Assembly: GCA_963735805.1 (NCBI GenBank)
Contig: CAVTMK010000002.1
Span: forward strand, 32,001-96,000
From: an uncultured Verrucomicrobiae bacterium
Lineage (GTDB): Bacteria; Verrucomicrobiota; Verrucomicrobiia; Chthoniobacterales; UBA10450
Reading direction: 5' to 3'
Length of the DNA: 64,000 nucleotides
The position numbers and the translations under genes were made by a program. Below, piece after piece: positions 19,086-29,498 of this stretch. The notes below the pieces were generated by a model that was given only the letters and a program-made list of their open reading frames with translations, made no database searches and was not told the DNA's origin. The first letter of the stretch is position 1; every line of letters begins with the position of its first letter.

Positions 19086-19771
19086 AAACCTCATCAACTT
19101 TGCGTCTCCGCGCTCGCCAACGGCTTATTCGTAGAATTCTGGTTCCGGTCGACTTCTCGGACTGTTCACTGGCAGGTCTAAGGTATGCGGTTCGATTCGC
19201 CAAGAAGGTGGGTGCACGCATCATCGTCCTGCACGTCACTGATCTCGGCCCGGTTATGATGACCAGTGGCGGCGGCGATTACGATTCGTCGACTTATATG
19301 GAAGCGGCGCGGCGTCGATGTGGCGATCAGATGCAAGCTTTTCTGAAGCGCGTCGATTGCGGTGGTGTTCCAGTCGATACATCGGCGGTTGCCGGATACT
19401 GCCCGGTCGCGATTTATGAAGCCGCTGCAAAGAAACATGCCGACTTGATTATTATCTCGACGCATGGGCGGACTGGTTTGCGTCGTGCGCTGATTGGCAG
19501 CGTCGCTGAAGGCACAGTGCGACATGCCGCGTGCCCGGTGCTCGTTGTGCCGTCGTTTACGGGTGAGCGGAAAAGAGGCGGTAAACAAAACCGCGCGCCG
19601 GCGAGGCCTCGCAACAGTTGGCAAAAAGTCACGCACATAGCGAAGTCAAATCCATCTGCGACCGCTCAGGGAGCACCGAAACCGAAACAAAGCGGGCGAG
19701 CAAGAAATGCGCGGCAAATCGCAATCGCTGCGAAGCGTAAATTTGCACGCAGCGCAAGAGTTCAAACATGA
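19082..19771 (+). CDS. Universal stress protein, single domain with long basic tail
   Basis: RILVPVDFS...[12 protein letters not shown]...[20 protein letters not shown]. Confidence 0.92.
   Translation: MKTSSTLRLRARQRLIRRILVPVDFSDCSLAGLRYAVRFAKKVGARIIVLHVTDLGPVMMTSGGGDYDSSTYMEAARRRCGDQMQAFLKRVDCGGVPVDTSAVAGYCPVAIYEAAAKKHADLIIISTHGRTGLRRALIGSVAEGTVRHAACPVLVVPSFTGERKRGGKQNRAPARPRNSWQKVTHIAKSNPSATAQGAPKPKQSGRARNARQIAIAAKRKFARSARVQT
19701..19730 (+). promoter_or_regulatory. Putative activator site (21-bp period) inside USP 3' tail; apparently leaderless promoter of receiver gene
   Basis: CAAGAAATG at 19701, CAATCGCTG at 19722, AAGAGT at 19756, ATG at 19768. Confidence 0.7.
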
Positions 19772-20154
19772 AGACAACAGTTATGCTTCTACTAACCAAC
19801 GATAACGGATTGGAAGATCTCGTTGCCAAAATTCTGTCGGAGATTGGCGGTGTGAGCCATCTCACACACGCCGCGGGCGAGGCGTTAGAAATTATCTGCG
19901 GCGTGCACGACCTCGATCTTGCCATAATCGACTTCGAACATGGCGCCCACGGAATAACGCTGCTCAGCGCGATCACCACGGTGCGAGAAGATCTTCCTGT
20001 AATCGTGATTACCCACGACGACGAACAACATGTCGAAGCGCTGGCCTACGCCAATGGGGCTGCGGCTTGCTTTCCAAAAGCAGTGTTGGCGACAGAGTTG
20101 GCGACCGCGATTCGCAAATTACAACGGCCGCAACCAGAACTGGCTCACGCTTAA
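19768..20154 (+). CDS. Single-domain response regulator receiver protein
   Basis: DLAIID (phospho-Asp position), [15 protein letters not shown]; acidic pocket atypical (TND). Confidence 0.8.
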   Translation: MKTTVMLLLTNDNGLEDLVAKILSEIGGVSHLTHAAGEALEIICGVHDLDLAIIDFEHGAHGITLLSAITTVREDLPVIVITHDDEQHVEALAYANGAAACFPKAVLATELATAIRKLQRPQPELAHA

Positions 20155-20172
20155 CCAAAGGAGAACGCGGCA

Positions 20173-21237
20173 ATGGAAAAGATGAAAGCCAACGTTTTCC
20201 ACGGACCAAACAATATCCGCATCGAAGAAGTGCCGCGCCCGCATGCTGGCGCTGGCGAAGCGGTCATTCGGATTACGCTCACGACCATTTGCGGGACCGA
20301 CCTTCATATTCTACGGGGCGAATATGCCGTGAAACCCGGACTCGTAATTGGACACGAACCGGTCGGCGTGATCGAAGAACTCGGCGAAGGATTGTCCGGA
20401 TACAAAATCGGCGATCGCGTGCTCGTCGGCGCCATCACACCTTGCGGTCAATGCCGCGCCTGTTTGTCTGCACAATGGGCTCAATGCGGGCACGGTGAAG
20501 GTGTCGAAGCAATCGGCGGCTGGCGTTTCGGCAACACCATCAATGGCGCGCAAGCTGAATATCTTTTGATTCCGAACGCGCAGGCAAATCTCGCGAAAAT
20601 TCCAGACAAATTGAGTGACGAACAGGTCGTGCTGCTTGCCGATATCGCTTCCACCGGATTCAGCGGGGCCGAATCGGCCGACATTCATATTGGAGATACG
20701 GCGGCCGTTTTTGCACAGGGACCAATCGGTCTGTGCGCGACGGCAGGCGCAAAATTGATGGGTGCTTCATTCATCGTCACTGTGGAAAGCGATCCCGTCC
20801 GGATGAAAATGTCGCAGCGGATGGGCGCCGACGTCGTGCTTGATCCAAAACAGTGTGACGTCGTTGCGGAGATCAGGAAGCTGACCGGAGGCGGGGCGGA
20901 TGTGGCGATTGAAGCGCTGGGGCTTCAGGAGACATTTGAAAATAGTCTTCGTTGTCTGCGTGCAGGCGGGACGTTGAGCAGCCTCGGCGTTTACTCGGGA
21001 AAACTCCAAGTGCCTTACGATGCCTTCGCTGCCGGCATTGGCGACTACAAGATCGTGACCACACTTTGCCCCGGTGGAAAAGAACGAATGCGGCGCTTGA
21101 TGTCGATGGTGCAATCGAAGCGCTTTGATCCGACGCCACTGCTGACGCACAGTTTCAAGCTCGATCAAATCGTCGAGGCGTACGAACTTTTTGGTTCGCG
21201 CCGCGAAGGTTGCCTCAAGGTCGCGATCCGGCCATAA
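20173..21237 (+). CDS. Zinc-dependent alcohol dehydrogenase (MDR family)
   Basis: TICGTDLH, GHEPVG, structural Zn CGQCRAC...C, LADIASTG, QGPIG; SD AAAGGAG. Confidence 0.95.
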   Translation: MEKMKANVFHGPNNIRIEEVPRPHAGAGEAVIRITLTTICGTDLHILRGEYAVKPGLVIGHEPVGVIEELGEGLSGYKIGDRVLVGAITPCGQCRACLSAQWAQCGHGEGVEAIGGWRFGNTINGAQAEYLLIPNAQANLAKIPDKLSDEQVVLLADIASTGFSGAESADIHIGDTAAVFAQGPIGLCATAGAKLMGASFIVTVESDPVRMKMSQRMGADVVLDPKQCDVVAEIRKLTGGGADVAIEALGLQETFENSLRCLRAGGTLSSLGVYSGKLQVPYDAFAAGIGDYKIVTTLCPGGKERMRRLMSMVQSKRFDPTPLLTHSFKLDQIVEAYELFGSRREGCLKVAIRP

Positions 21238-21272
21238 GGATGTTCGGCTCGAATGCCGAATCCAGCGACACG

Positions 21273-22208
21273 ATGAAACGCATCCTGACTTTGACCATCA
21301 ATCCTGCGATTGATGCGAGCTGTTCGGTCGAAACCGTGTTTCCTGATCATAAATTGCGTTCGGGTCCGGTTTGTCACGAACCGGGCGGAGGCGGCGTGAA
21401 TGTCTCGCGGGCGATTCGCAATCTAGGCGGCGAATCGACGGTTCTTTATCTCGCCGGTGGACCTAGCGGCCAAATGCTCGGGTTGTTGCTGGACCGCGAA
21501 GGATTGATACACGAGGCCATATCAGTCGAAGATTGGACGCGGGAAAACCTCACAGTGACGGAACGGACGAGAGGGGCGGAATATCGTTTCGTTACGCCGG
21601 GTCCGAATTTACGCGCAGAGGAATGGCAAGCTTGTCTGGCAAGAATCGGCGGCCTCGATCCGATGCCTGACTTTGTTGTGGCAAGCGGCAGTCTGCCGCC
21701 AGGTGCGCCGGCTGATTTCTACGGGCGTCTGGCGAAGGTGGTTTCCGTGAAGCACAGTCGTTTTGTTCTAGATAGCTCTGGCGCAGCACTGGCAGAAGGT
21801 TTGCGAAGCGGCAGCGTTTATCTGACAAAGCCAAGTATGCGTGAGTTGCGCGGGGTGGTCGGACGCGAACTGATCCATGAAAAGGAGCAAGCAGAAGCAG
21901 CCATGGAGATCGTGAAAACCGAGCAGGCTCAAATCGTTGTCGTGTCGTTAGGCTTGGCGGGAGCGCTTCTGGTGACGGCGACAGGATGCGAACGCATTCC
22001 CTCACCGGCGGTCCCGGTGAAAAGCAAAGTGGGCGCCGGGGACAGTATGGTAGCGGGTATTGTGCTAGGTCTAGCTCGGGACATGCCCGTCCGCGATGCC
22101 GTCTGTCTCGGAATCGCCTGCGGCACCGCCACCGTAATGATGCCTGGAACCCAGCTTTGTCGGCGCCAAGATGCTGATCGTCTTTTCAGGCAGATACTCG
22201 ATGAGTAA
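21273..22208 (+). CDS. pfkB: 1-phosphofructokinase-family hexose kinase (PfkB)
   Basis: TLTINPAID, PGGGGVNVSR, TREN, SGSLPPG, KPS..EL, VGAGDSMVAG. Confidence 0.9.
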   Translation: MKRILTLTINPAIDASCSVETVFPDHKLRSGPVCHEPGGGGVNVSRAIRNLGGESTVLYLAGGPSGQMLGLLLDREGLIHEAISVEDWTRENLTVTERTRGAEYRFVTPGPNLRAEEWQACLARIGGLDPMPDFVVASGSLPPGAPADFYGRLAKVVSVKHSRFVLDSSGAALAEGLRSGSVYLTKPSMRELRGVVGRELIHEKEQAEAAMEIVKTEQAQIVVVSLGLAGALLVTATGCERIPSPAVPVKSKVGAGDSMVAGIVLGLARDMPVRDAVCLGIACGTATVMMPGTQLCRRQDADRLFRQILDE

Positions 22209-22311
22209 TGAACCGAAGTTTGCGGCAAACTCTGCAAGCAAGTCTTGGAGCAGTTGTCCCAACCTCGTCTTTGAGAATTGCGCCATCGGTTAGCCAGCTT
22301 TCCCGCATGAC

Positions 22312-22341
22312 CAAGAAATGCGTGGAAATTCGCAATAACCG
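22312..22341 (+). promoter_or_regulatory. Putative activator site (21-bp period) upstream of ppsA
   Basis: CAAGAAATG at 22312, CAATAACCG at 22333, CAAGCT at 22366. A weaker pair also occurs at 22239/22260. Confidence 0.7.
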
Positions 22342-22426
22342 CGAAGGCAAAAGAACGTCGTTGGTCAAGCTAGACTCGACGTCAACAAACGGGACTAGTT
22401 TGGTTGCTGTTTAGAAAAGGATATTT

Positions 22427-24916
22427 ATGAAGAGCGGAGCCTCAGGGCGACAGTTGAAGGATTGGCCAAAATCCGACGCAGAAATGGAGCAGCTTGCCGG
22501 CAGCGTTACGCACAGCACTCCAGGTGGTCGCTACATCAAATGGTTTCGCGAAATCGGGATCCAAGATGTGCCGCTGGTCGGCGGCAAGACGGCGTCGTTA
22601 GGCGAAATGTTTCGCGAACTCGCGCCGAAGGGAGTCAAAGTGCCGGATGGCTTTGCCATCACCGCTGTCGGTTACTGGCACATTCTCCACGAGACTCAAC
22701 TCGATCAATTTATCGAGACACAACTTCGCGGCTTGGAAATTAACGATGTAAAGCAGTTGCAAAAACGCGGCGTGGCCATTCGTGACGCGGTTCTTGCCGC
22801 GAAGCTGCCCACCGATTTGCGTCGGGAGATTTTGGACGCCTACGATCAGTTATGCCGGGACTCCGACGGGCCCATTTCCGTTGCAGTCCGAAGCAGCGCG
22901 ACAGCAGAAGATTTACCCGAGGCCAGCTTCGCCGGCGCCCAGGAAACTTTCCTCAACGTGACCGGGCACGATCGCGTAATTGAGGCGTGCCGCCGCTGTT
23001 ACGCCTCGCTTTTCACTGACCGTGCAATCTCATATCGGGCTGAGCGAGGGTTCGCCCATGACAAGGTCGGTTTGTCAATCGCCGTGCAGACGATGGTGCA
23101 CTCGGACGTCGGTAGTTCGGGCGTTATTTTTACAATCGATACCGAGACTGGATTTCGCGACGCAATTTTGATCAACGCTTCATATGGACTTGGAGAAAAT
23201 GTCGTAAAGGGCTTCGTGAATCCGGACGAGTTCTACGTGTTTAAAACAACGTTGAAGACCGACTTTCGTCCGATTCTGCAAAAGATTGCAGGCAGCAAAG
23301 AATTAAAACTTGTTTACGATACAGTTGCTGCCGGCGGCACGCGCAATATTCCAGTCCCGCCCCAGGATCGCCGCCGCTTCTCGATTTCGGACGACGAAAT
23401 CCTTCAGCTCGCGCGGTGGGCCTGTATGATCGAAGAACACTACAGCGCAAAAAACGGTCGACCGACTCCAATGGACGTCGAGTTCGCCAAGGATGGCCGC
23501 ACTGGTGAATTATTCATTCTTCAGGCGCGGCCCGAAACGGTCGAATCCCGGAAGAACACGGCCGTAATGGAACATTACCGCCTCAAATCGCGTGGCTCAA
23601 TTTTGATCCAAGGACGAAGTGTTGGAATGAAGATCGCGGCCGGGGTAGTGCGAGTGATAGCCGATCCAAAACATCTCGATGATTTTCAGGAAGGCGAGAT
23701 TTTGGTCGCCGACAAAACCGATCCGGATTGGGAACCGATCATGAAACAAGCGGCGGCGATTGTGACCAATCGTGGCGGCCGCACCTGTCATGCGGCAATC
23801 GTCAGTCGCGAACTCGGAGTTCCGGCAATCGTTGGAACGGAACACGGCACAGAATTGTTGCGTAATGGACAAAGCGTCACCGTCTCATGCGCCGAGGGCG
23901 ATATCGGTTTTGTTTACGAGGGCAAGTTGCCGTTCGAAGTGCAGCGCACGAATCTGAAAGACCTCTCGCGGCCGCGGACAAATGTGATGATGAACGTCGC
24001 GAACCCAGAGGAAGCATTCGCGCTGTCGTTTATTCCGAATGATGGCGTCGGCCTGGCGCGCGAGGAGTTCATCATCAGCAACTACATTAAAGTGCATCCG
24101 TTGGCGTTGCTCGATTACGCAAAAATCACCGATCCCGAAGTCAAAGCGAACATTGACCACTTGACGGTCGGTTACGACGACAAACCGCAGTTCTTCGTGG
24201 ATAAACTTGCGCAAGGTGTGGCCATGATCGCTGCCGCATTCTATCCGAAGGATGTGATCGTGCGTTTGAGTGATTTCAAGACAAACGAATATGCAAATCT
24301 GATTGGTGGCCGCGCTTATGAGCCCATTGAAGAAAATCCGATGCTCGGTTTCCGCGGCGCGTCACGCTATTACAATGAAAGATATCAGGCAGGTTTCGCA
24401 CTCGAATGCCGCGCCATGAAAAAAGTCCGCGATGAGATGGGCCTGACGAATTTGAAACTGATGATTCCTTTCTGCCGAACTGTCGATGAAGGCCGCAAGG
24501 TCATCGCAGAAATGCAGAAGCACGGCCTCAAGCGCGGCGAGGCTGGCCTCGAGATTTATGTAATGTGTGAAATTCCCAGCAACGTCATTCTAGCCAACGA
24601 GTTCGCGGAGATTTTTGATGGCTTCAGCATCGGTTCGAACGATCTGACTCAACTCATTCTTGGCGTGGATCGCGACAGCGAGATCGTGGCCGATATTTTC
24701 GACGAACGAAACGCCGCTGTGAAAAAGATGATCTCTGACGTCATTGTAGTCGCACGCGCAAAACAACGAAAAATCGGCATCTGCGGCCAAGCGCCCAGCG
24801 ATTATCCTGAGTTCGCTCAATTTTTAGTGGAGCAAAAAATCGACAGCATTTCGTTAAATCCCGACACTGTCCTCCAAACCACGCGAGCGATTCTCGAAAC
24901 GGAAAAAGAGCGATAA
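22427..24916 (+). CDS. ppsA: Phosphoenolpyruvate synthase
   Basis: VGGK.ASLGEM, AVRSSATAEDLPEASFAG, QARPETV, GGRTCHAAI (phospho-His), EENPMLGFRGASRY, FSIGSNDLTQ, ICGQAPSD. Confidence 0.97.
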   Translation: MKSGASGRQLKDWPKSDAEMEQLAGSVTHSTPGGRYIKWFREIGIQDVPLVGGKTASLGEMFRELAPKGVKVPDGFAITAVGYWHILHETQLDQFIETQLRGLEINDVKQLQKRGVAIRDAVLAAKLPTDLRREILDAYDQLCRDSDGPISVAVRSSATAEDLPEASFAGAQETFLNVTGHDRVIEACRRCYASLFTDRAISYRAERGFAHDKVGLSIAVQTMVHSDVGSSGVIFTIDTETGFRDAILINASYGLGENVVKGFVNPDEFYVFKTTLKTDFRPILQKIAGSKELKLVYDTVAAGGTRNIPVPPQDRRRFSISDDEILQLARWACMIEEHYSAKNGRPTPMDVEFAKDGRTGELFILQARPETVESRKNTAVMEHYRLKSRGSILIQGRSVGMKIAAGVVRVIADPKHLDDFQEGEILVADKTDPDWEPIMKQAAAIVTNRGGRTCHAAIVSRELGVPAIVGTEHGTELLRNGQSVTVSCAEGDIGFVYEGKLPFEVQRTNLKDLSRPRTNVMMNVANPEEAFALSFIPNDGVGLAREEFIISNYIKVHPLALLDYAKITDPEVKANIDHLTVGYDDKPQFFVDKLAQGVAMIAAAFYPKDVIVRLSDFKTNEYANLIGGRAYEPIEENPMLGFRGASRYYNERYQAGFALECRAMKKVRDEMGLTNLKLMIPFCRTVDEGRKVIAEMQKHGLKRGEAGLEIYVMCEIPSNVILANEFAEIFDGFSIGSNDLTQLILGVDRDSEIVADIFDERNAAVKKMISDVIVVARAKQRKIGICGQAPSDYPEFAQFLVEQKIDSISLNPDTVLQTTRAILETEKER

Positions 24917-24920
24917 ATCT

Positions 24921-25847
24921 GTGAAAGAGAAAAACGAATCTCTGATCGTCTGTGGAACCGATTTTTCCGCGATGGCGACAGAAGCGGTTGACCTTGCAGC
25001 GGCGATGGCGAAACGCCTAGACACAAGACTTGTCCTTGTCCACGTCGACGAATCTTACGGAATGGCTTCAGTGGATTCCAAATTGTTCGACGCGGCTGTT
25101 GCGCACGGACGTCCTGAGCTCAATCAGATGGCGGATCGATTGAGGGAATTGGGAACTGACGTCGAAGTAAGGCTCCTTTGTGGGTCTGCGTTTGATAAAT
25201 TGGTAACAGTCGCAAACAAATCCCGAGCACGGCTCATCGTCGTTGGCGCAGTAGGACATAGTCTCGTTAGGCGATTGCTTGTCGGAAGCGTAGCTGAACG
25301 CACGGCTGAAACTTCGCCGATTCCCACCCTGGTGGTGCGTCCTGGTGGAAGGCTTCTCTCCTGGATTCAAGGTGAGCACGCTTTGAAAATTCTGGTCGGA
25401 TACGATTTCTCTGCTGCCAGCGATGCCGCTTTAGATTGGCTGAATCAGCTCCGAAATATTGGCAAATGCCAAATCACCGTACTCTACAGTAATTGGCCTC
25501 CGGACGAAGCGCGTCGGCTGGGATATGAAGGACCGCTGCCCCTGGCGGATAATCCGAAGGCGATTCAAAAGAATCTTGAGCGTGATTTGAAGAAACGCGT
25601 TGCGACGTTTCTGCCGAAGCAACAAGTAAACGCCATCGTAGAGCCCGGCTGGGGAAATCCGGAAGGATACTTGTTCGAAATGGCTGGCGGCCAACATATG
25701 GATCTGATCGTCGTCGGAACTCATCAGCGACGTGGCTTGGGCGGCATTCTTCTGGGGTCGGTTTCGCGTGCTGTCTTACATCACGCAAAAATGTCAGTGG
25801 CGGTCGTCCCTCCGGTTGAAAACGCCATGCGAAAATCAAAGGAATGA
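24921..25847 (+). CDS. Universal stress protein, tandem USP domains
   Basis: IVCGTDFS...LLVGSVAERTA and ILVGYDFS...LLGSVSRAVLHHA. Confidence 0.93.
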   Translation: MKEKNESLIVCGTDFSAMATEAVDLAAAMAKRLDTRLVLVHVDESYGMASVDSKLFDAAVAHGRPELNQMADRLRELGTDVEVRLLCGSAFDKLVTVANKSRARLIVVGAVGHSLVRRLLVGSVAERTAETSPIPTLVVRPGGRLLSWIQGEHALKILVGYDFSAASDAALDWLNQLRNIGKCQITVLYSNWPPDEARRLGYEGPLPLADNPKAIQKNLERDLKKRVATFLPKQQVNAIVEPGWGNPEGYLFEMAGGQHMDLIVVGTHQRRGLGGILLGSVSRAVLHHAKMSVAVVPPVENAMRKSKE

Positions 25848-26389
25848 GAACCAGACCATCAGGGCAGCGTCGTCGCGCCCGAATGGACCTACAACGTATA
25901 TTGGTGCCAGTCGATTTCTCGGAATCGTCCGCGGGCGCATTACGCCATGCCGTGGAACTCGCTGTGGAATCGGGCGGCTCGCTGATAATAGTTCACGTCG
26001 TTCCGTCTGACTACGGATGGTTGGGGATCGGGCGTGACGAATCACGCGATTTAGATCGCTCATTGCAGCGGCAGGCGGCAAATCGATTGGAGGGCTTGGC
26101 AGATGAACATGTAGACCACAAGGTGGTTGCGGAACTGGAGGTTCGTATCGGCCAGCCGGCAACACAGATCGCTGCTGCAGCGACTGACTCAAAATGCAAT
26201 CTGATTGTCATGGCGACGCATGGACTTACCGGGCTCGACCGGTATCTCATCGGCAGCGTTGCCGATCGGGTCGCGCGACTAGCTCCTTGTCCGGTGCTTC
26301 TAATCCCGCCTGTGAGGCGCCCGATTGTTGGAGCACTTCCATCCCAAACTGTCCTTCGGTTTAAACACAAACCCAAGCGGGGTCGCTGA
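25844..26389 (+). CDS. Universal stress protein, single domain
   Basis: RILVPVDFS...LIVMATHGLTG..YLIGSVADRVARLAPCPVLLI. Confidence 0.93.
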   Translation: MRTRPSGQRRRARMDLQRILVPVDFSESSAGALRHAVELAVESGGSLIIVHVVPSDYGWLGIGRDESRDLDRSLQRQAANRLEGLADEHVDHKVVAELEVRIGQPATQIAAAATDSKCNLIVMATHGLTGLDRYLIGSVADRVARLAPCPVLLIPPVRRPIVGALPSQTVLRFKHKPKRGR

Positions 26390-26411
26390 GTCTGCGCAAG
26401 AATCTGCGGCC

Positions 26412-29135
26412 ATGCAACCCGTTGATGCTCCTTGCTGGCATCATACGAGCGTGGATGAGGTCGTCCGATGTTTTAGAACCAATCTTGCGAATGGCCTTTC
26501 GCTCAGTGAAGTCAGATCACGAGCAAAAGAATATGGACCAAACAAGCTGGCCGAACCGCGACCTCGGCGTTGGTTGTCAAAGCTGCTTAGCCAGTTCAAT
26601 CAACTGGTTCTTTGGATTCTAATCGCCGCGACACTTCTGTCGGCAGTCCTGGGCGACTGGCTGGAAGCCGGGGCGATTCTGGCAATCGTTCTTTTAAACG
26701 CGCTGCTCGGATTTTTTCAGGAACAAAAAGCCGAGAAGGCCCTTTCTTCGCTCAAAGAGCTTTCTTCTCCTGTTGCCAAGGTAATCCGGGACGGCTCACT
26801 GCGCATTCTTCCAGCGGAAACGCTCGTTCCGGGAGACGTCGTTGAAGTTGAGGCAGGCGACCACGTCCCGGCAGACGCACGGCTGGTTACAACATTCGCA
26901 TTGAAGATGCAGGAAGCCGCTCTCACTGGTGAATCGACGCCCATTGAAAAGGACAGCGTTGCAGTGTTACCCCACGATGTTGGTATTGCTGAGCGCGCCA
27001 ATGTGGTGTTCACAGGAACCACGGTCGTCGCCGGTAAAGGTCGTGGCGTAGTCACAGCGATCGGAATGAATACCGAATTGGGTCGCATCGCCGGGTTCCT
27101 GATCACGGAAAAACGCGAACCGACACCGCTCCAGAAACGATTGGCGGAGCTGGGTCGCGTGCTTATTATCGCCTGTCTCAGTCTGGTGGCTGTCATTTTC
27201 GTTTTAGAGCTGCTCCGCGGCGAAAGTCTGGCGCAAACCTTTCTCATGGCGGTCAGCCTGGCGGTGGCGGCGGTGCCCGAAGGATTGCCGGCGGTGGTGG
27301 CCATTGCCCTTGCCCTGGGTTTGCAGCGCATGGTTAAGCGAAACGCTCTCATCCGCCGATTGGCCAGTGTCGAAACGCTCGGCTCGGTGACCGTGATCTG
27401 CTCTGACAAGACAGGGACGCTAACACGCAACGAAATGATGGTTACGGAAATCGTAACCGGCACTGGACGGTACAAAGTTACTGGAACCGGTTATGGGCCG
27501 GATGGAGAATTCGTTGCGCTTGCGGTCGGACCAGACGGCGATAGCGGACCTGCAAACCCGCGAAATGACCCTGACCTCGCAATGGCGTTGACCATCGGCA
27601 TCTGGTGCAACAATGCGAGACTGGATCCGCCAAGCGATCATGATGAGCACTGGAGAATCTTCGGCGACCCAACTGAGGGCGCTCTCATCGTCGCGGCGAG
27701 AAAGGCCGGGGTCGAGCGTGGCCCCGATTGCTCCATCATTCACGAGATCCCGTTCGACTCAACTCGCAAATTGATGTCGATCGTGGTGAAAAACGCGCAG
27801 CGGCGAGCTGTCATTTATACCAAGGGTGCGCCCGAATTACTTCTGGAACGCTGCGCATTTGAACGCCGGGATGGAAAGATCGTGTCGTTGTCACCGGCGC
27901 GCCGCGAGAAACTACTACGGCAAAGCAGCGACATGGCCAACCGTGCGCTGCGATTACTTGCGCTTGCCTATCGAGATCTCGACAACGATTCACCGGAATA
28001 TCGAGAACAGGATTTGGTTTTTGCGGGGCTGGTTGGAATGATTGATCCGCCGCGCGAAGAAGCGCGTACAGCGGTCGCGAAATGCCAGTCGGCAGGCGTA
28101 CGTCCGGTAATGATGACCGGCGATCATCCAGCAACTGCCCTTGCTGTTGCGCAAGCGTTGAACGTTGCAAGCGACGCTGAAGCTCGGATCACCGGTTTGG
28201 AACTTGATGCACTCTCCGAGCAGGAGTTGCTAGCGAGGGTGGAACGTCTTGCCGTATACGCGCGTGTTTCGCCAGAGCACAAGCTAAGAGTCATACAAGC
28301 GCTCAAAGCGAACGGCCAGGTTGTCGCGATGACGGGCGACGGCGTGAATGACGCGCCTGCAGTCAAGATGGCCGACATCGGAATCGCGATGGGGATTACT
28401 GGTACGGACGTGACGAAGGAGGTGTCGGACATGGTTCTGACAGACGACAACTTTGCTTCCATCGTCAACGCAGTTGAAGAAGGGCGAGGCATCTACAACA
28501 ACATCCAGGAGTTCGTCCATTATCTCCTTTCCTGTAACATTAGCGAAGTCGCGCTGGTCCTCTTTGCGGCTCTTGTCGGATGGCCCGTTCCGCTGCTTCC
28601 AATCCAGATACTTTGGATCAATCTTATCACCGATGGATTACCAGCGCTGGCGCTTGCCATGGAAAAACCGGAGCCGAACATAATGAAGCGCCGCCCGCGG
28701 CCACCAAGGGAGCCGTTCTTTACCCGCCGGCGTGGATCGCAAATTCTTATTCACGGCTTTGTTCTGTCGGCGGTAAACATTGGAGGGTTCGCCTATTCCT
28801 ATATTAGAGCGGGGAGTTCGTATGCGCAGGCGACGGCCTTCTACATCACAACCTTCGCCCAGCTTTTCTTCTCCTTCGCTTGCCGCAGTCAGCGTTACAC
28901 GCTTCCGCAACTTGGCGTCTTTACGAATCCGTACCTTCTCGCAGCGATTGTCCTTTCTGGGATATTGCAGATTTCCTTGCTCTGGTTTCCGTTAACGCGA
29001 AACGTATTTTTCCAAACCGCGCCACAATTTGGCTCTGATTGGTTGATCATTCTTTTGCTGGCGCTCGCTCCGGTGTCATTGGTCGAGATCACGAAAATTG
29101 TCCGTCGTCGATACGGGTGCAAAAGCGTGATCTGA
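26412..29135 (+). CDS. Cation (Ca2+-type, P2A/CtpF-like) transporting P-type ATPase
   Basis: LTGES, AVAAVPEGLP, DKTGT, GDPTEGAL, KGAPE, TGDH, TGDGVNDAPA, QILWINLITDG. Confidence 0.93.
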   Translation: MQPVDAPCWHHTSVDEVVRCFRTNLANGLSLSEVRSRAKEYGPNKLAEPRPRRWLSKLLSQFNQLVLWILIAATLLSAVLGDWLEAGAILAIVLLNALLGFFQEQKAEKALSSLKELSSPVAKVIRDGSLRILPAETLVPGDVVEVEAGDHVPADARLVTTFALKMQEAALTGESTPIEKDSVAVLPHDVGIAERANVVFTGTTVVAGKGRGVVTAIGMNTELGRIAGFLITEKREPTPLQKRLAELGRVLIIACLSLVAVIFVLELLRGESLAQTFLMAVSLAVAAVPEGLPAVVAIALALGLQRMVKRNALIRRLASVETLGSVTVICSDKTGTLTRNEMMVTEIVTGTGRYKVTGTGYGPDGEFVALAVGPDGDSGPANPRNDPDLAMALTIGIWCNNARLDPPSDHDEHWRIFGDPTEGALIVAARKAGVERGPDCSIIHEIPFDSTRKLMSIVVKNAQRRAVIYTKGAPELLLERCAFERRDGKIVSLSPARREKLLRQSSDMANRALRLLALAYRDLDNDSPEYREQDLVFAGLVGMIDPPREEARTAVAKCQSAGVRPVMMTGDHPATALAVAQALNVASDAEARITGLELDALSEQELLARVERLAVYARVSPEHKLRVIQALKANGQVVAMTGDGVNDAPAVKMADIGIAMGITGTDVTKEVSDMVLTDDNFASIVNAVEEGRGIYNNIQEFVHYLLSCNISEVALVLFAALVGWPVPLLPIQILWINLITDGLPALALAMEKPEPNIMKRRPRPPREPFFTRRRGSQILIHGFVLSAVNIGGFAYSYIRAGSSYAQATAFYITTFAQLFFSFACRSQRYTLPQLGVFTNPYLLAAIVLSGILQISLLWFPLTRNVFFQTAPQFGSDWLIILLLALAPVSLVEITKIVRRRYGCKSVI

Positions 29136-29138
29136 ATC

Positions 29139-29498
29139 ATGAAAACAGCCGAAGCGCGAGCTGAGCCTTCTGCGGAAACAATGGGGTTGGAGCGTCGTCC
29201 GGTTCTCAAGACAATGGTTGCGCCGAGGAAAATCAGTTGCGTTAGACGCGTGGTCAAAGAGCACAGGACGGATGAAACGGAGTTTTCGATTCTGATCAGC
29301 GATCACTGGCAGGGCAAGGGATTGGGCTCGGCGCGTCTGAGGTTGCTCGTGCAACTCCGACGCAGAGACCGCCTAGGGCGAATCATTGGCCATATTTCAG
29401 CTGAGAACATCACAATGAAAACCGTGAGCCAAGAAGCCGGGTTTGATCTGCATTTCGATCGAAGCGATAGCGAATGGGGGGCTGAGATGAATTTGTGA
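29139..29498 (+). pseudogene. Probable truncated GNAT acetyltransferase (resembles C-terminus of Pat/acetate-CoA-ligase GNAT domain)
   Basis: EFSILISDHWQGKGLG..L..L...RIIGHISAEN..M.....GF retained, but the N-terminal half of the GNAT fold is missing or degenerate. Confidence 0.6.

Noticed and set aside
22208..22414. 68-aa ORF between pfkB and ppsA
   Set aside because: Coincides with the ppsA promoter motif region and has non-protein-like composition.
26397..26406. Single CAAGAATCTG half-site before the P2A ATPase
   Set aside because: No partner CAA 21 bp away and too close to the start codon.
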